Part shown: in pieces, positions 33,163-43,248 of the stretch
Layout of the letters: each line of letters opens with the position of its first letter
Position numbering within the stretch: the stretch's first letter is position 1
IMG/VR virus record: IMGVR_UViG_3300021600_000005
Coordinates: 1 to 64,000 of that record
Length of the DNA: 64,000 nt
Source of the DNA: a virus
Reading direction: 5' to 3' (one strand)
The notes under the pieces: generated by a model
What the model saw: the letters and a program-made list of their open reading frames with translations, nothing else
The model's database searches: none
What the model was told of the DNA's origin: nothing
Made by a program: the position numbers and the translations under genes

Positions 33163-33589
33163 TTTTATATCTTTTAATAAAATCTGAGCAAATACCTTCG
33201 CATTTGTTCACATTTTCATTGTATAATTCTGGTTTGACAGCAATGCTACCAATAATTGGTTGAGTCCCAGGATAAGCCCATATGTAATTTTTAGAAGTTA
33301 ATGTTACAGTATCTTCTTCATGCCAAAAATAATGTATATCATATTTTTTCATTTCCACTAACGCGTCCAAATTTTTGGCGTGGCACCATAATTTTTTATT
33401 CATCAAAAACTTATAATCCACATCATATTTTGCTTCATCATGTCCTAACATAAATTTTCCATTAATATACCAAACATCAATTTCAACATCGTAACCTAAC
33501 TTAATTGCCGATTCAATATATGTAGGGGTATTTTCAAGTTCATGAAATTCACCATCAATATTTCCTCTGTGAGATATTAGTATTGTCAT
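33155..33589 (-). CDS. GDPD/PLC-like phosphodiesterase, short form
   Basis: ISHRGN, EN, DVEIDVW, LGHD, ICSD. Confidence 0.7.
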   Translation of the reverse strand: MTILISHRGNIDGEFHELENTPTYIESAIKLGYDVEIDVWYINGKFMLGHDEAKYDVDYKFLMNKKLWCHAKNLDALVEMKKYDIHYFWHEEDTVTLTSKNYIWAYPGTQPIIGSIAVKPELYNENVNKCEGICSDFIKRYKND

Positions 33590-34359
33590 ATTTTTGTTGG
33601 TATGTTTACATCAATATTTGGGGTTTTCCAAGGACTATCCCTTACATTTAACCTACGTAATAATCCCCAAGTAGCATATTCTAAACCATACGCATAAAGT
33701 TTAGTTTTTAACCCTAATTCTTCAGTTCTATATTTCCAAATAGCGTGGCAAGAGGTTATATTTGTTTCATCCATTCCGTGATTTTTAATAAATTTAAAAT
33801 AATCGTTTTCTAAATTAAAATAACTATCAAGTTTATCGTAAATTAATCCAATATTTTTCATGTTTTCATAACCAGAAATAAACCATCCATCATTAAATCC
33901 CCACCCTTCGTCTAAAAGATGCCAATGACTAACGTAAAAATTTTCAGGGGATAACAAACTAAAATCAATCTTCTCATAAAAAACAGTATCAAATCTTGAA
34001 ATTAATACCATATCATATGAATCATCAATCAATTCCATTGTTTTTTTAAGTGAATAAAATCTTGAATAATTGTTATTTAAATAATTTTTGGTATTCCAAG
34101 GACCATCCGGTACAAAATTGTAATCTTTGTACGGATGGTCAAACAATCTTTGTTTTTCAAGAATAAATTTTTTTGGGTTAACTGTGCTAATTAATCTTTC
34201 GCTTTCTTGTGTAGAATCGTCCCATCCATGAAAAAATATGTCCGTATTTTCTGTAATTACATTTTTTTTTAAATAATCAAAAGGGATTTTAAATCCTTGT
34301 ATTTCATCTCGACTATTTTTGCCTGTAAATTTACCGTAGAAACATAAAGCAATTTTCAT
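33586..34359 (-). CDS. Glycan-biosynthesis-associated protein
   Basis: KIALCF.G, DIFFHGW, YD.V..SRFD, FND motifs; cluster context. Confidence 0.55.
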   Translation of the reverse strand: MKIALCFYGKFTGKNSRDEIQGFKIPFDYLKKNVITENTDIFFHGWDDSTQESERLISTVNPKKFILEKQRLFDHPYKDYNFVPDGPWNTKNYLNNNYSRFYSLKKTMELIDDSYDMVLISRFDTVFYEKIDFSLLSPENFYVSHWHLLDEGWGFNDGWFISGYENMKNIGLIYDKLDSYFNLENDYFKFIKNHGMDETNITSCHAIWKYRTEELGLKTKLYAYGLEYATWGLLRRLNVRDSPWKTPNIDVNIPTKI

Positions 34360-34380
34360 ATATAAACAATTTAATATAAA

Positions 34381-35244
34381 TTATATTAATTCTTTTATTT
34401 CCTCAATAGTGAATTGTTCAACTTCAGATGAAAATGGACCGTCTTCTAATATTTTTTCATGAAAATTTTCTCCAGGTTGGAGACCAATAACATTTATTTT
34501 TTGTTTTGCGTTTTTTTGACCATATTTTTGATACATTGTTTCAAGTAAATTTTCAATACTCATTGATTTCATACCAGGGACATATGGTTTTGATGTGTTG
34601 CAATTATCTAAACAACTAAAAATTAAATCAATTGCTTGGTCAACTGTCCAAAAAAATCTTGTTGCTTTAGGTTCGGTAACTATTACAGGTTTATCATTTT
34701 GTATTAATTCTTTCCATTTACACAATACAGACCCTGTTGAATAAAGAACATTTCCATATCTAACTATTCTGTAATCACATTTAGGGTTTAATTCTTGATA
34801 TTGTGAACAAAGTCTTTCCATTAATAATTTACTAGCCCCATAAACACCAACAACTTGAGCCGCCTTATCCGTTGAAATACTAATAAAGAATTCTAAGTTT
34901 TCGTTTAGAGAACAATCTAATAGATTCATAGTACCTATTGTATTAGATTTAACGCATTCTCTAACTTGTTTTTCAGCTAAACCAACATGTTTTGATGCCG
35001 CCAAATGAAAAACGGCTTTAACATCTTTCATTGCTTGTTTTGAGTCAAATGGGTCAGAAATGTCCCCTGTTAAGATTTCAACATCAGGAAATTCTGATTT
35101 CAAATCAATTAATTTGCCTTCATTTCTGGCAATTGTCCGTACATTAGCTCCTAGTTTAAGTAATTCTTTTATTAAAGGTTTCCCTAAAAATCCTGAACCA
35201 CCGGTTACTAAAACTAATTTGTTTTTTAAATCGTATTTTTCCAT
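34381..35244 (-). CDS. UDP-GlcNAc 4,6-dehydratase-like (PseB/CapD, Polysacc_synt_2)
   Basis: VTGGSGFLG, HLAASKHV, ISTDKA, YGASK, RYGNV..S.GSV, TRFF, GLQPGE..HE. Confidence 0.88.
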   Translation of the reverse strand: MEKYDLKNKLVLVTGGSGFLGKPLIKELLKLGANVRTIARNEGKLIDLKSEFPDVEILTGDISDPFDSKQAMKDVKAVFHLAASKHVGLAEKQVRECVKSNTIGTMNLLDCSLNENLEFFISISTDKAAQVVGVYGASKLLMERLCSQYQELNPKCDYRIVRYGNVLYSTGSVLCKWKELIQNDKPVIVTEPKATRFFWTVDQAIDLIFSCLDNCNTSKPYVPGMKSMSIENLLETMYQKYGQKNAKQKINVIGLQPGENFHEKILEDGPFSSEVEQFTIEEIKELI

Positions 35245-35257
35245 TTAAATTAAATTT

Positions 35258-36076
35258 TTATTTACCAAATATTTCAATTTCCCAACCACCAAGAACATTA
35301 TAAAACCAAGCATCGTTCATTAATGGTTCGAATTTTTTTATTCTATCATTTTCATGTTTTAATTTTTCCATTTGTTCGATATCTTCTTGTCTAATCGCTC
35401 TAACATTTATCATTCCGGGCCATTGATTACTTAAACATTCTATTTTTTTAATTGCCCATCTATCAACAGAACCAATAACTTTATATCCATCACCGTTTGC
35501 AAAAGACATACTTCCTATTGTTTCCCATCCCCAAGGTGTCCAATTTCTTTTAATATTTTTTAAAAACCATTTTCGATTCCAGATAGAAAAAGCCGCTGCG
35601 TTTTGATATAAATTAACATTACCTGGTGCAGAGTCAATAAGAGATATAAATTCAATACCGTTTTTTTCAACGTATGGTTTTACATGATTTTTATCTCGAG
35701 CGTGTTGTAAAGAAGGTTGTAAATCAATTCTACCTACATTTTCGTTTAACAATTCCAAACAAGTTTCAAAAACTTCAATGTCAACAGGTCTTGCTATCAT
35801 AAAATCATCTAATCCAAAAACAAAATATTCGTCTTTAATACTTGAAAAAAAATCAATTAAATAATTTGACCAACCATCAGCTCCCCCAACCTGTTCTTTT
35901 CCCATTGAGATAAATTCAAAATTACTTTCTAATTTAAAATCTGGAGGGGTAAAACCTAAAATTTTAACATTTATATCTTTACTCCAATATTTGTTAAAAA
36001 AATATTGGAAATATTTTACAATGAATATATTACTATCACATGTTGAAATGTATACATTCAATTTATTGGTTGTCAT
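35258..36076 (-). CDS. Putative glycosyltransferase
   Basis: STCD, WS..L, GLDDF, W..E; cluster context. Confidence 0.5.
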   Translation of the reverse strand: MTTNKLNVYISTCDSNIFIVKYFQYFFNKYWSKDINVKILGFTPPDFKLESNFEFISMGKEQVGGADGWSNYLIDFFSSIKDEYFVFGLDDFMIARPVDIEVFETCLELLNENVGRIDLQPSLQHARDKNHVKPYVEKNGIEFISLIDSAPGNVNLYQNAAAFSIWNRKWFLKNIKRNWTPWGWETIGSMSFANGDGYKVIGSVDRWAIKKIECLSNQWPGMINVRAIRQEDIEQMEKLKHENDRIKKFEPLMNDAWFYNVLGGWEIEIFGK

Positions 36077-36086
36077 AACTTTTATA

Positions 36087-36512
36087 TTAATTTATTTTAT
36101 TCATGTGTCTAATATAGTTTATTAATAAACTATCTATGTTTGCTTTACCAACTGGATTAGCTGATTGTATATTGTATAATGGTAATGATTTATTATTATC
36201 TAAACAATAGTCAACTAACCATTTAGCACAATCAAACCCTGTTTTTTCTTTTTGTTTTAATAATCTTGACTTTTTCTTAGTCATGCCTTTGGACCTTGCA
36301 TCTAAAGACACGTCCATCCCTAAATCGTGGTCAAAACATATTGCTTCAGGTAATTCGTTATTTTTAATCCAATTAATAAATTCGTTATAAGACTTAACCC
36401 ATTCTATATGTTTTAAATCATCATTTAATATTGGACTAAATGTAACAACCCAGTGATTTTCAAACGGGTTTCTTACATCATCTAACCAAAGCAATGTCCC
36501 CTTATTTTTCAT
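36087..36512 (-). CDS. Cyclic-phosphate-processing receiver-like domain protein
   Basis: LWLDDVR, SYNEF, FDHDLG, TGFDCAKWL, SANPVG. Confidence 0.75.
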   Translation of the reverse strand: MKNKGTLLWLDDVRNPFENHWVVTFSPILNDDLKHIEWVKSYNEFINWIKNNELPEAICFDHDLGMDVSLDARSKGMTKKKSRLLKQKEKTGFDCAKWLVDYCLDNNKSLPLYNIQSANPVGKANIDSLLINYIRHMNKIN

Positions 36513-37180
36513 AAGTTTTTTATTTCTTGTTTAACTTCATTCCAATAATTAAATCTTTTAGTTTCCCATTGAACATTATCACTTCCATTCCAATTATAAC
36601 ATTCATTGATAATTTCGTAAACTGCGATTGTCGCCGCATGTTTACCACCATCTATTGTTAGGAGACATTCGTTTTCGTATTTTTCAACTAGTTCTATTGC
36701 TTTTTCTTTTGGTGTCATAGTTTTATTTTCTTCAATATGTTCATATGCTCCATCTCTTTCTAATTCTTCAGGTGTTGCAAATGGTTTTAGACATTGTTCT
36801 TTCCAATATTGTTCTTCTAACTCCTCTGTCCAATCTTCAGTGTGTTCATATGCTCCATCTGGACCAATTTGAAAGTCATCACTAATATATGGTTCATCTT
36901 CTAAACCATCATTTAACGTTACATCCCAATCCTTTAATTCAGATTCTTCAGGTGTAATTATCTTAGCGTATTTAGGAAAGTGCTCAGGTCCGTTGTTATC
37001 ATAGCCAGCGACCATTTCAAATTCTACTTCTAAACCTTCATTAGAGTCGTATAGTTTTAACCCATCTATATGGCCATTGTCTACTAATGGATACTGGTTG
37101 ATTAGTTTAGCGTCTGGTCCTTCTTTAACCACTTGCTTTACTACCCACCCACGATTTGTTTTATTTAATATTCCTTTCAT
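36509..37180 (-). CDS. Composite acidic hypothetical protein
   Basis: Duplicated DGAYEH motif; C-terminal MTPKEKA...YWNEVKQEI module. Confidence 0.55.
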   Translation of the reverse strand: MKGILNKTNRGWVVKQVVKEGPDAKLINQYPLVDNGHIDGLKLYDSNEGLEVEFEMVAGYDNNGPEHFPKYAKIITPEESELKDWDVTLNDGLEDEPYISDDFQIGPDGAYEHTEDWTEELEEQYWKEQCLKPFATPEELERDGAYEHIEENKTMTPKEKAIELVEKYENECLLTIDGGKHAATIAVYEIINECYNWNGSDNVQWETKRFNYWNEVKQEIKNL

Positions 37181-37860
37181 ATTTCAATTATATTTCCGTT
37201 ACTACTTAATTTACCAAACTTACCATCAGTTACTACACTTCCATTACTATAGATTGTATCACCTATTGATAGTTTCATTGTTCCTGCATTAATGATGTCT
37301 TCGCTATTGTGGATATGACCAAACAAACATAGTTTAGGTTTTAAATTTAACATACGCTTTTTAAGTGAAGTATCACCACAAAATTCTAATTTACCAGTTA
37401 CATCATAAGATAAGTCTAGTATTCCTTTTGGTGGTCCATGTACAACTACAATATTAGTATCATCAGGAATATGTTTCCAAACCTCAGAAGTCTTAGCTCT
37501 ATTCTTATTGAATGCCCATCCATTACCAAATGTTGGTGTGATTGGAGAACCCCATATTTTAATCCCTTCTATTTCAATCCAATCATTCTCCAAGTATATA
37601 ATACCTGCTCTTTCAAAGTCATCTTTTTTAATAAAGTTTCTTTCAATACAAACGTCGTGATTACCTGCTACAAATACTTTATATTTGATTGGTAATAAGC
37701 TATACCAAGATATAAAACTTTGCATTTCATCTTCACTTAGGTAAGGGTCTCTTGGATTAGTAGCGTCTCCACTATGAATCACAATGTCAATATTTTCTGG
37801 AATATCTAATAACTCATGATATGTGTGAGTGTCCGATATATGCCATACTGTTTGTTTCAT
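37177..37860 (-). CDS. Calcineurin-like metallophosphoesterase (MPPED/239FB-like)
   Basis: ISDTH, HSGD, AGNHD, HGPP, FGHIH. Confidence 0.9.
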   Translation of the reverse strand: MKQTVWHISDTHTYHELLDIPENIDIVIHSGDATNPRDPYLSEDEMQSFISWYSLLPIKYKVFVAGNHDVCIERNFIKKDDFERAGIIYLENDWIEIEGIKIWGSPITPTFGNGWAFNKNRAKTSEVWKHIPDDTNIVVVHGPPKGILDLSYDVTGKLEFCGDTSLKKRMLNLKPKLCLFGHIHNSEDIINAGTMKLSIGDTIYSNGSVVTDGKFGKLSSNGNIIEI

Positions 37861-37861
37861 G

Positions 37862-38209
37862 TTATTTAGTTATTAGTTCGTAAGTTGAATTTTGTGTTTG
37901 AAATTTAATGTATCCTTCTCTTTGTTCCACTATCTCAGTAATTACCGTTGTAAGCCAAGTATAACTTACTGGATGTGGATTTAATATTAATGACCTCCCA
38001 ATAGACGGTTCATCATGTATTTCTTTACCTGTAGATTCACCAATTTCATTCCATTCAACCCAACCAATATTTGAACCTACATTAATTAAACCATCGTTTA
38101 ATCTTTTTAAGGTATATTTTGACGGTTCATCTATTGGTACGATTGAATCGGATATTCTTGGTACGATTGAATCAGCATCATATTTATTTTGTTTTCCTAT
38201 TTTGTTCAT
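37862..38209 (-). CDS. Hypothetical protein
   Basis: ORF with YTWLTT..TEI...F.T.NS.Y motif. Confidence 0.55.
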   Translation of the reverse strand: MNKIGKQNKYDADSIVPRISDSIVPIDEPSKYTLKRLNDGLINVGSNIGWVEWNEIGESTGKEIHDEPSIGRSLILNPHPVSYTWLTTVITEIVEQREGYIKFQTQNSTYELITK

Positions 38210-38842
38210 ATTAGTCTTGTTTTTAAAATGACCATACTAAAAAAGGTATACTTAAAAATAACACTATTCCTAGTATTAATAATAAATGTGCTCCAACATA
38301 TTCTATTTTTTCTTTTGTTATCATTTTGTTATTAAATTTAATGAGTTTATTGATAAAAACAAAACACCAATAGTGGTAAAACCAATAATTAAAATTATTA
38401 GTATTTCAATCGGTGTTAAAAACATTTTATTTATTTTCATATTTTCCAATTTTAATTAGTAATCCTAAAGATATTAACAATACCACAGCTCCAATTATTT
38501 TACTTGCGGCTTCATATGTATTATTAGATATTTCCATTTTAGTTTAACAATTAATTTATTCTTTCAAAGATACATTAAAATTTAAATATAAACAAATAAA
38601 TTTATTTATAATTTAGTTCTTTTAACTTTTTTACCAACAGGCAGTTCGTTTGATTTATATTTTACCTCAACTTCATATGGGTTTATTGAACTTATTTTTG
38701 AATTATATTTCCATATGAATTTAGCAACGTCATTTTCAGAAATAACTTCCCATTTAAAATTATTTAACGTTTTATTTTTTTCCATTTAACAATGATAGTT
38801 AAAAAATAGATAAAAACCTAATTAAATGTATTTATAAGAGGT

Positions 38843-39886
38843 ATGAATATTATAATTAAAGAACATCAATATTTAAAAATATTAACTGAATCTTTAGGGG
38901 TTTCTAGAGCAAGTTTACATTATGTTAATGTGATTTATAAAATATTGGAACCTACGGTCTTAAAATTTTTAAATTCAAATCGTGATTTAAATGAAAAAAT
39001 AAATATTGATTTAAATGATTTAAAGGAAGTTTATCAAGATTTTCCTGAAGATTATATTGAATTTCCAATTGAACAAATTGTTATTAATCTTAATTGTAAA
39101 AAAATAAATAAAATTAATGACAATGCGAATTTTTTTTCTGGGGGAGGGGCTTATAGTATTAGACCAAAAAAAGAAAAAACAACCCATGTAAAAATTCCAT
39201 CTAAATTCTTACCAAAATATGTTACAGACGAAATAAATAAAACTATTATTTCTGAGTTTGATTTTACGGTTACTATATTTAAAAACTATGAAGAAACTAA
39301 TAAAGACGATTTATTGTTTTTATTACGTGATGCAATATCTCATGAATGTAACCATATGTTTGAGTATTATAAAAGAAACGAAAACAATGCTCCCGATGTG
39401 GATAACAGATTTACCTGGTCAGGAGTTAAAAATTACAACGTACCTAAAAACATTTGGAATATTTGGGAACAATTTACAACAATGCTTTATTTTTCTCAAC
39501 CACAAGAAATGAATGCTATGACACAAGAAGTTTATAGTGTTAGTTTAAGGAAATCTTTTGAAGAATTTAAACAAGGTGGTTATTGGCGCTCCGCAATTGT
39601 TATGGAAAATTTTGACGCTGACGAATTTATGGACAATTTAGTTAATGAGATTAATAAATATAATCCAGACTATATTAAACCTATACTAATAAATTTAAGA
39701 AATTGGTTTATAAAAGATTATGTAAATTATGGGGTTTCTGAAAAACTTCCAATAAATCAAAAACTTTTAAGTAAAAAAGAAATTTTTAGTTTGACAAAAT
39801 TTTTTGAACCAAGAATACGGTTAGCCGGTAAAAAACTTAAATCTAATTTCATTAGGACTTTTTCTATCCCTAGAGAATCGATATAA
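38843..39886 (+). CDS. HExxH putative metallopeptidase with IIKE leader
   Basis: ISHECNH...LY....EMNA. Confidence 0.55.
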   Translation: MNIIIKEHQYLKILTESLGVSRASLHYVNVIYKILEPTVLKFLNSNRDLNEKINIDLNDLKEVYQDFPEDYIEFPIEQIVINLNCKKINKINDNANFFSGGGAYSIRPKKEKTTHVKIPSKFLPKYVTDEINKTIISEFDFTVTIFKNYEETNKDDLLFLLRDAISHECNHMFEYYKRNENNAPDVDNRFTWSGVKNYNVPKNIWNIWEQFTTMLYFSQPQEMNAMTQEVYSVSLRKSFEEFKQGGYWRSAIVMENFDADEFMDNLVNEINKYNPDYIKPILINLRNWFIKDYVNYGVSEKLPINQKLLSKKEIFSLTKFFEPRIRLAGKKLKSNFIRTFSIPRESI

Positions 39887-39930
39887 TGACTGGTCAGAAG
39901 AAACATTAAATTTTAAGGTATTTATATAAA

Positions 39931-40245
39931 ATGAAAATTAACATAACTAAAACACAAAGAGCAAGATTGGTTAAGGATTGGTTAAACGATATGTTTTCTG
40001 GTGCTGAAATAAAAAATACTGATTATGGTAATTCTTATTATATTAAAAATGAAAAAAACCTTGCTTTTCAGAATAAAAAAAATAAAGATTTTCGGTTTGA
40101 TTACGACCTAATTTGGTCATTTTTAGAATCCATTTTTTCACTTGAATATGAAGAACTGCAATCTATCACAAAAGACTGGTTGGACGAGACATTAAATTTG
40201 AAGGGATATACAACATCTTATTTACGCAACTTATCTTGGACATAG
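39931..40245 (+). CDS. MKINITKTQ paralogue 1
   Basis: Ends WLDETLNLKGYTT plus spacer-encoded SYLRNLSWT. Confidence 0.75.
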   Translation: MKINITKTQRARLVKDWLNDMFSGAEIKNTDYGNSYYIKNEKNLAFQNKKNKDFRFDYDLIWSFLESIFSLEYEELQSITKDWLDETLNLKGYTTSYLRNLSWT

Positions 40246-40282
40246 TTGGGCGAGACATTAAATTTGAAGGTATTTATATAAA

Positions 40283-40582
40283 ATGAAAATTAACATAACT
40301 AAAACACAAAGGGCAAGATTGGTTAAGGATTGGTTAAACGATATGTTTTCTGATACTGAAATAATTGATTCTTATTATGTTAAAAATGGAAAAAAAATTG
40401 CTTTTCGGGAGAAAGAAAATAAAGAGTTTTGGTTTGATTATGACTTAATTTGGTCATTTTTAGAATCCATGTTTTCACTTAAATATAAAGAACTGCAAGC
40501 TATTACAGAAGACTGGGTGGATGAAACATTAAATTTTAGGGGTTATACAACTTCGCCTCACATGTATCTCGAACAACGTTAG
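40283..40582 (+). CDS. MKINITKTQ paralogue 2
   Basis: Ends WVDETLNFRGYTT plus SPHMYLEQR. Confidence 0.75.
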   Translation: MKINITKTQRARLVKDWLNDMFSDTEIIDSYYVKNGKKIAFREKENKEFWFDYDLIWSFLESMFSLKYKELQAITEDWVDETLNFRGYTTSPHMYLEQR

Positions 40583-40619
40583 GTGGATGAAACATTAAAT
40601 TTGAAAGTAATTATATAAA

Positions 40620-40925
40620 ATGAAAATTAACATAACAAAAACACAAAGAGCAAGATTGGTTAAGGAATGGTTAAACGATATGTTTTCTGATGTTGAAATT
40701 ATTGGTTCTTTTGATAATAGAGGAGTGACTTATAGTAAAAACGGAGAAAATATTGCTTTCCAGGATAAAAAAGATAAAGACTTTTGGTTTGATTATGATA
40801 TAATTTGGTTATTTTTAGAATCTATGTTTTCGCTCGAATATGAAGAACTGCAATCCATTACAGAAGACTGGTTGGAAAAAACATTAAATTTGAAAGGTTA
40901 TAGAACGTCAGGGGCTCCAGTGTAA
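40620..40925 (+). CDS. MKINITKTQ paralogue 3
   Basis: Ends WLEKTLNLKGYRT plus SGAPV. Confidence 0.75.
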   Translation: MKINITKTQRARLVKEWLNDMFSDVEIIGSFDNRGVTYSKNGENIAFQDKKDKDFWFDYDIIWLFLESMFSLEYEELQSITEDWLEKTLNLKGYRTSGAPV

Positions 40926-41084
40926 TTAAACACATTTGTTGGATGAGACATTAAATTTAAGGGACAAACAAGTATATTAACTGACATTATGTCAGTTTTT
41001 TTATGCTTGGTATAATTTTTAATATGTGGGGTTTGTGCTTGACACATTAAAATTAAAAATATATATTTTAATAAAAAATTATTT

Positions 41085-42956
41085 ATGGGTAAAATTATTG
41101 GTATTGATTTAGGAACTACGAATTCGTGTGTTTCTGTAATGGAAAATGGGGAACCTGTTGTTATAACAAATAACGAAGGAAAAAGAACCACCCCCTCAAT
41201 TGTTGGTTTTTTAAAAGATGGTGAAAGAAAAATTGGTGACCCGGCAAAAAGACAATCGGTTACAAATCCAACTAACACTGTTTATTCAATAAAAAGATTT
41301 ATGGGGTTAAATTTTGACGAATCAAAATCAGAAATTAAAAAAGTACCTTATAAAGTTGTTAAAGGTGATAATAATACAACTAGAGTTGATATTGACGGAA
41401 AATTATATTCTCCTCAAGAAATTTCATCAGTTATTTTACAAAAAATGAAACAAACTGCTGAAGATTATTTAGGTCAAGAAGTGACTGAAGCGGTTATTAC
41501 AGTTCCGGCTTATTTTAACGACGCTCAACGTCAATCAACAAAAGAAGCCGCAGAAATTGTTGGGTTAAAAGTTGCTAGAATTATTAATGAGCCTACAGCT
41601 GCCGCCTTAGCTTATGGTTTTGACAAAAAAGATAAAGATATGAAAATCGTTGTTTTTGATTGTGGTGGAGGAACTCACGATGTTTCAGTGTTACAATTAG
41701 GAGATGGTATTTTTGAAGTGTTATCTACTGACGGAAATACTCATTTAGGTGGAGATGATTTTGATGACGTTATTATTGACTATTTAGTAAAAGAGTTTAA
41801 AAAAGATAATGGTATTGACCTTAAAAAAGATTCAATGGCGTTACAACGATTGAGAGAGGCGGCTGAAAAAGCTAAAATAGAACTTTCTTCGTCGATTTCA
41901 ACTGAAATTAATTTACCTTACATTATGCCGGTAGACGGTATTCCTAAACATTTGGTTACTAATTTAACAAGGTCAAAATTTGAACAATTAGTTAATGATT
42001 TAGTTAAAAAAACAATTAACCCATGTAAATCCGCTTTAGAAAAGGCTAAATTAAAAGTATCGGATATTGATGAAATTATTCTTGTTGGGGGGTCAACTCG
42101 TATTCCAGTTATTCAACAAGCGGTGAAAGACTTTTTTGGTAAAGAACCGTCAAAAAGTGTTAATCCTGATGAAGTTGTTGCTCTTGGAGCCGCAATTCAA
42201 GGGGGAGTATTAGGTGGTGACGTTAAAGATGTTTTATTATTAGATGTTACTCCGTTATCCTTAGGTATTGAAACTATGGGAGGTGTTTTTACTAAATTAA
42301 TAGATTCAAATACAACTATTCCAACCAGACAGTCTCAAGTATTTTCGACAGCTGTTGATAATCAACCAAGTGTAGAAATACATGTTTTGCAAGGCGAACG
42401 TCCAATGTCATCCGATAACAAAACAATTGGAAGATTTCATTTAGATGGACTTCCTCCGGCTCGTAGAGGAACACCTCAAATTGAAGTGGTTTTTGATATT
42501 GACGCTAATGGTATTATAAATGTTTCAGCAATTGATAAAGCGACTGATAAAAAACAATCAATACGTATTGAATCATCTACTGGTTTATCAAAAGAAGAAA
42601 TTCAAAAAATGAAACAAGACGCTGAGTTAAACGCCGAATCAGACAAAAAGAAAAAAGAAGATGTTGAAACGTTAAATACTGCGGACAACTTAATGTTTCA
42701 AACTGAGAAAACTTTAAATGAAAGTGAAACTAAAATTCCATCGGATAAAAAAACTGAAATTGATAACACAATTAAAGAACTAAGACAACATCATTTAGAA
42801 AAAAATATTCCAATGGTTGAAAAATTAATGGGTGAACTTAATGAACAAATTCAAAAAGTTGTTAGTGTGATGTACGAATCAAAAGAACCTCAAGATAATT
42901 CCACAGAAAATTCTGGTGAAAACTTAACAGATGTTGAGTTTGAAAACGTTAAATAA
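41085..42956 (+). CDS. dnaK: Chaperone DnaK (Hsp70)
   Basis: [40 protein letters not shown]; Bacteroidetes-like tail DVEFENVK. Confidence 0.98.
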   Translation: MGKIIGIDLGTTNSCVSVMENGEPVVITNNEGKRTTPSIVGFLKDGERKIGDPAKRQSVTNPTNTVYSIKRFMGLNFDESKSEIKKVPYKVVKGDNNTTRVDIDGKLYSPQEISSVILQKMKQTAEDYLGQEVTEAVITVPAYFNDAQRQSTKEAAEIVGLKVARIINEPTAAALAYGFDKKDKDMKIVVFDCGGGTHDVSVLQLGDGIFEVLSTDGNTHLGGDDFDDVIIDYLVKEFKKDNGIDLKKDSMALQRLREAAEKAKIELSSSISTEINLPYIMPVDGIPKHLVTNLTRSKFEQLVNDLVKKTINPCKSALEKAKLKVSDIDEIILVGGSTRIPVIQQAVKDFFGKEPSKSVNPDEVVALGAAIQGGVLGGDVKDVLLLDVTPLSLGIETMGGVFTKLIDSNTTIPTRQSQVFSTAVDNQPSVEIHVLQGERPMSSDNKTIGRFHLDGLPPARRGTPQIEVVFDIDANGIINVSAIDKATDKKQSIRIESSTGLSKEEIQKMKQDAELNAESDKKKKEDVETLNTADNLMFQTEKTLNESETKIPSDKKTEIDNTIKELRQHHLEKNIPMVEKLMGELNEQIQKVVSVMYESKEPQDNSTENSGENLTDVEFENVK

Positions 42957-42960
42957 AATG

Positions 42961-42988
42961 ACCCCTTCTTAAAAAAGAGGGGGTTTTT
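42961..42988. terminator. Terminator hairpin between convergent genes
   Basis: ACCCCTTCTT-AAA-AAAGAGGGGGT plus T tract. Confidence 0.7.
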
Positions 42989-43202
42989 ATTTTTTCTTAG
43001 AGGTAAACTTATCAACTGATGAAAGTCCAAGACATCCAAATGCTAATAAAGCGACTGATTCTACTAATATATTAGAAGGAGCTTGGTCTAATGATGAAAA
43101 TGAGTTATGATACATTGTAACACAAAGTGCTACCGTACAAAAAAGACCACAAACTCTTTTCATTGATAATTTACCTGTTTCGTCAAAAAATAATTGCTTC
43201 AT
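42987..43202 (-). CDS. Two-TM holin-like small membrane protein
   Basis: G.LS.KR, two hydrophobic helices, basic tail. Confidence 0.5.
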   Translation of the reverse strand: MKQLFFDETGKLSMKRVCGLFCTVALCVTMYHNSFSSLDQAPSNILVESVALLAFGCLGLSSVDKFTSKKK

Positions 43203-43248
43203 AATGTTTTTTATTATAAATATTTACATTTTTTATTAAAGAACTATA

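Larger units (their letters stand above)
39893..40972 (+). CRISPR. Three gene-embedded repeat-spacer-repeat units (36-nt repeats; 30, 30, 31-nt spacers)
   Basis: Repeats at 39893-39928, 40179-40214, 40245-40280, 40516-40551, 40582-40617, 40871-40906, 40938-40972; consensus G(T/G)TGGA-GA-ACATTAAATTTGAAGGG-TATACAAC. Confidence 0.55.

Noticed and set aside
26635-40972. Diversity-generating retroelement explaining the paralogue tails
   Set aside because: No reverse transcriptase in the window, and tails are wholly unrelated rather than differing at template adenines.
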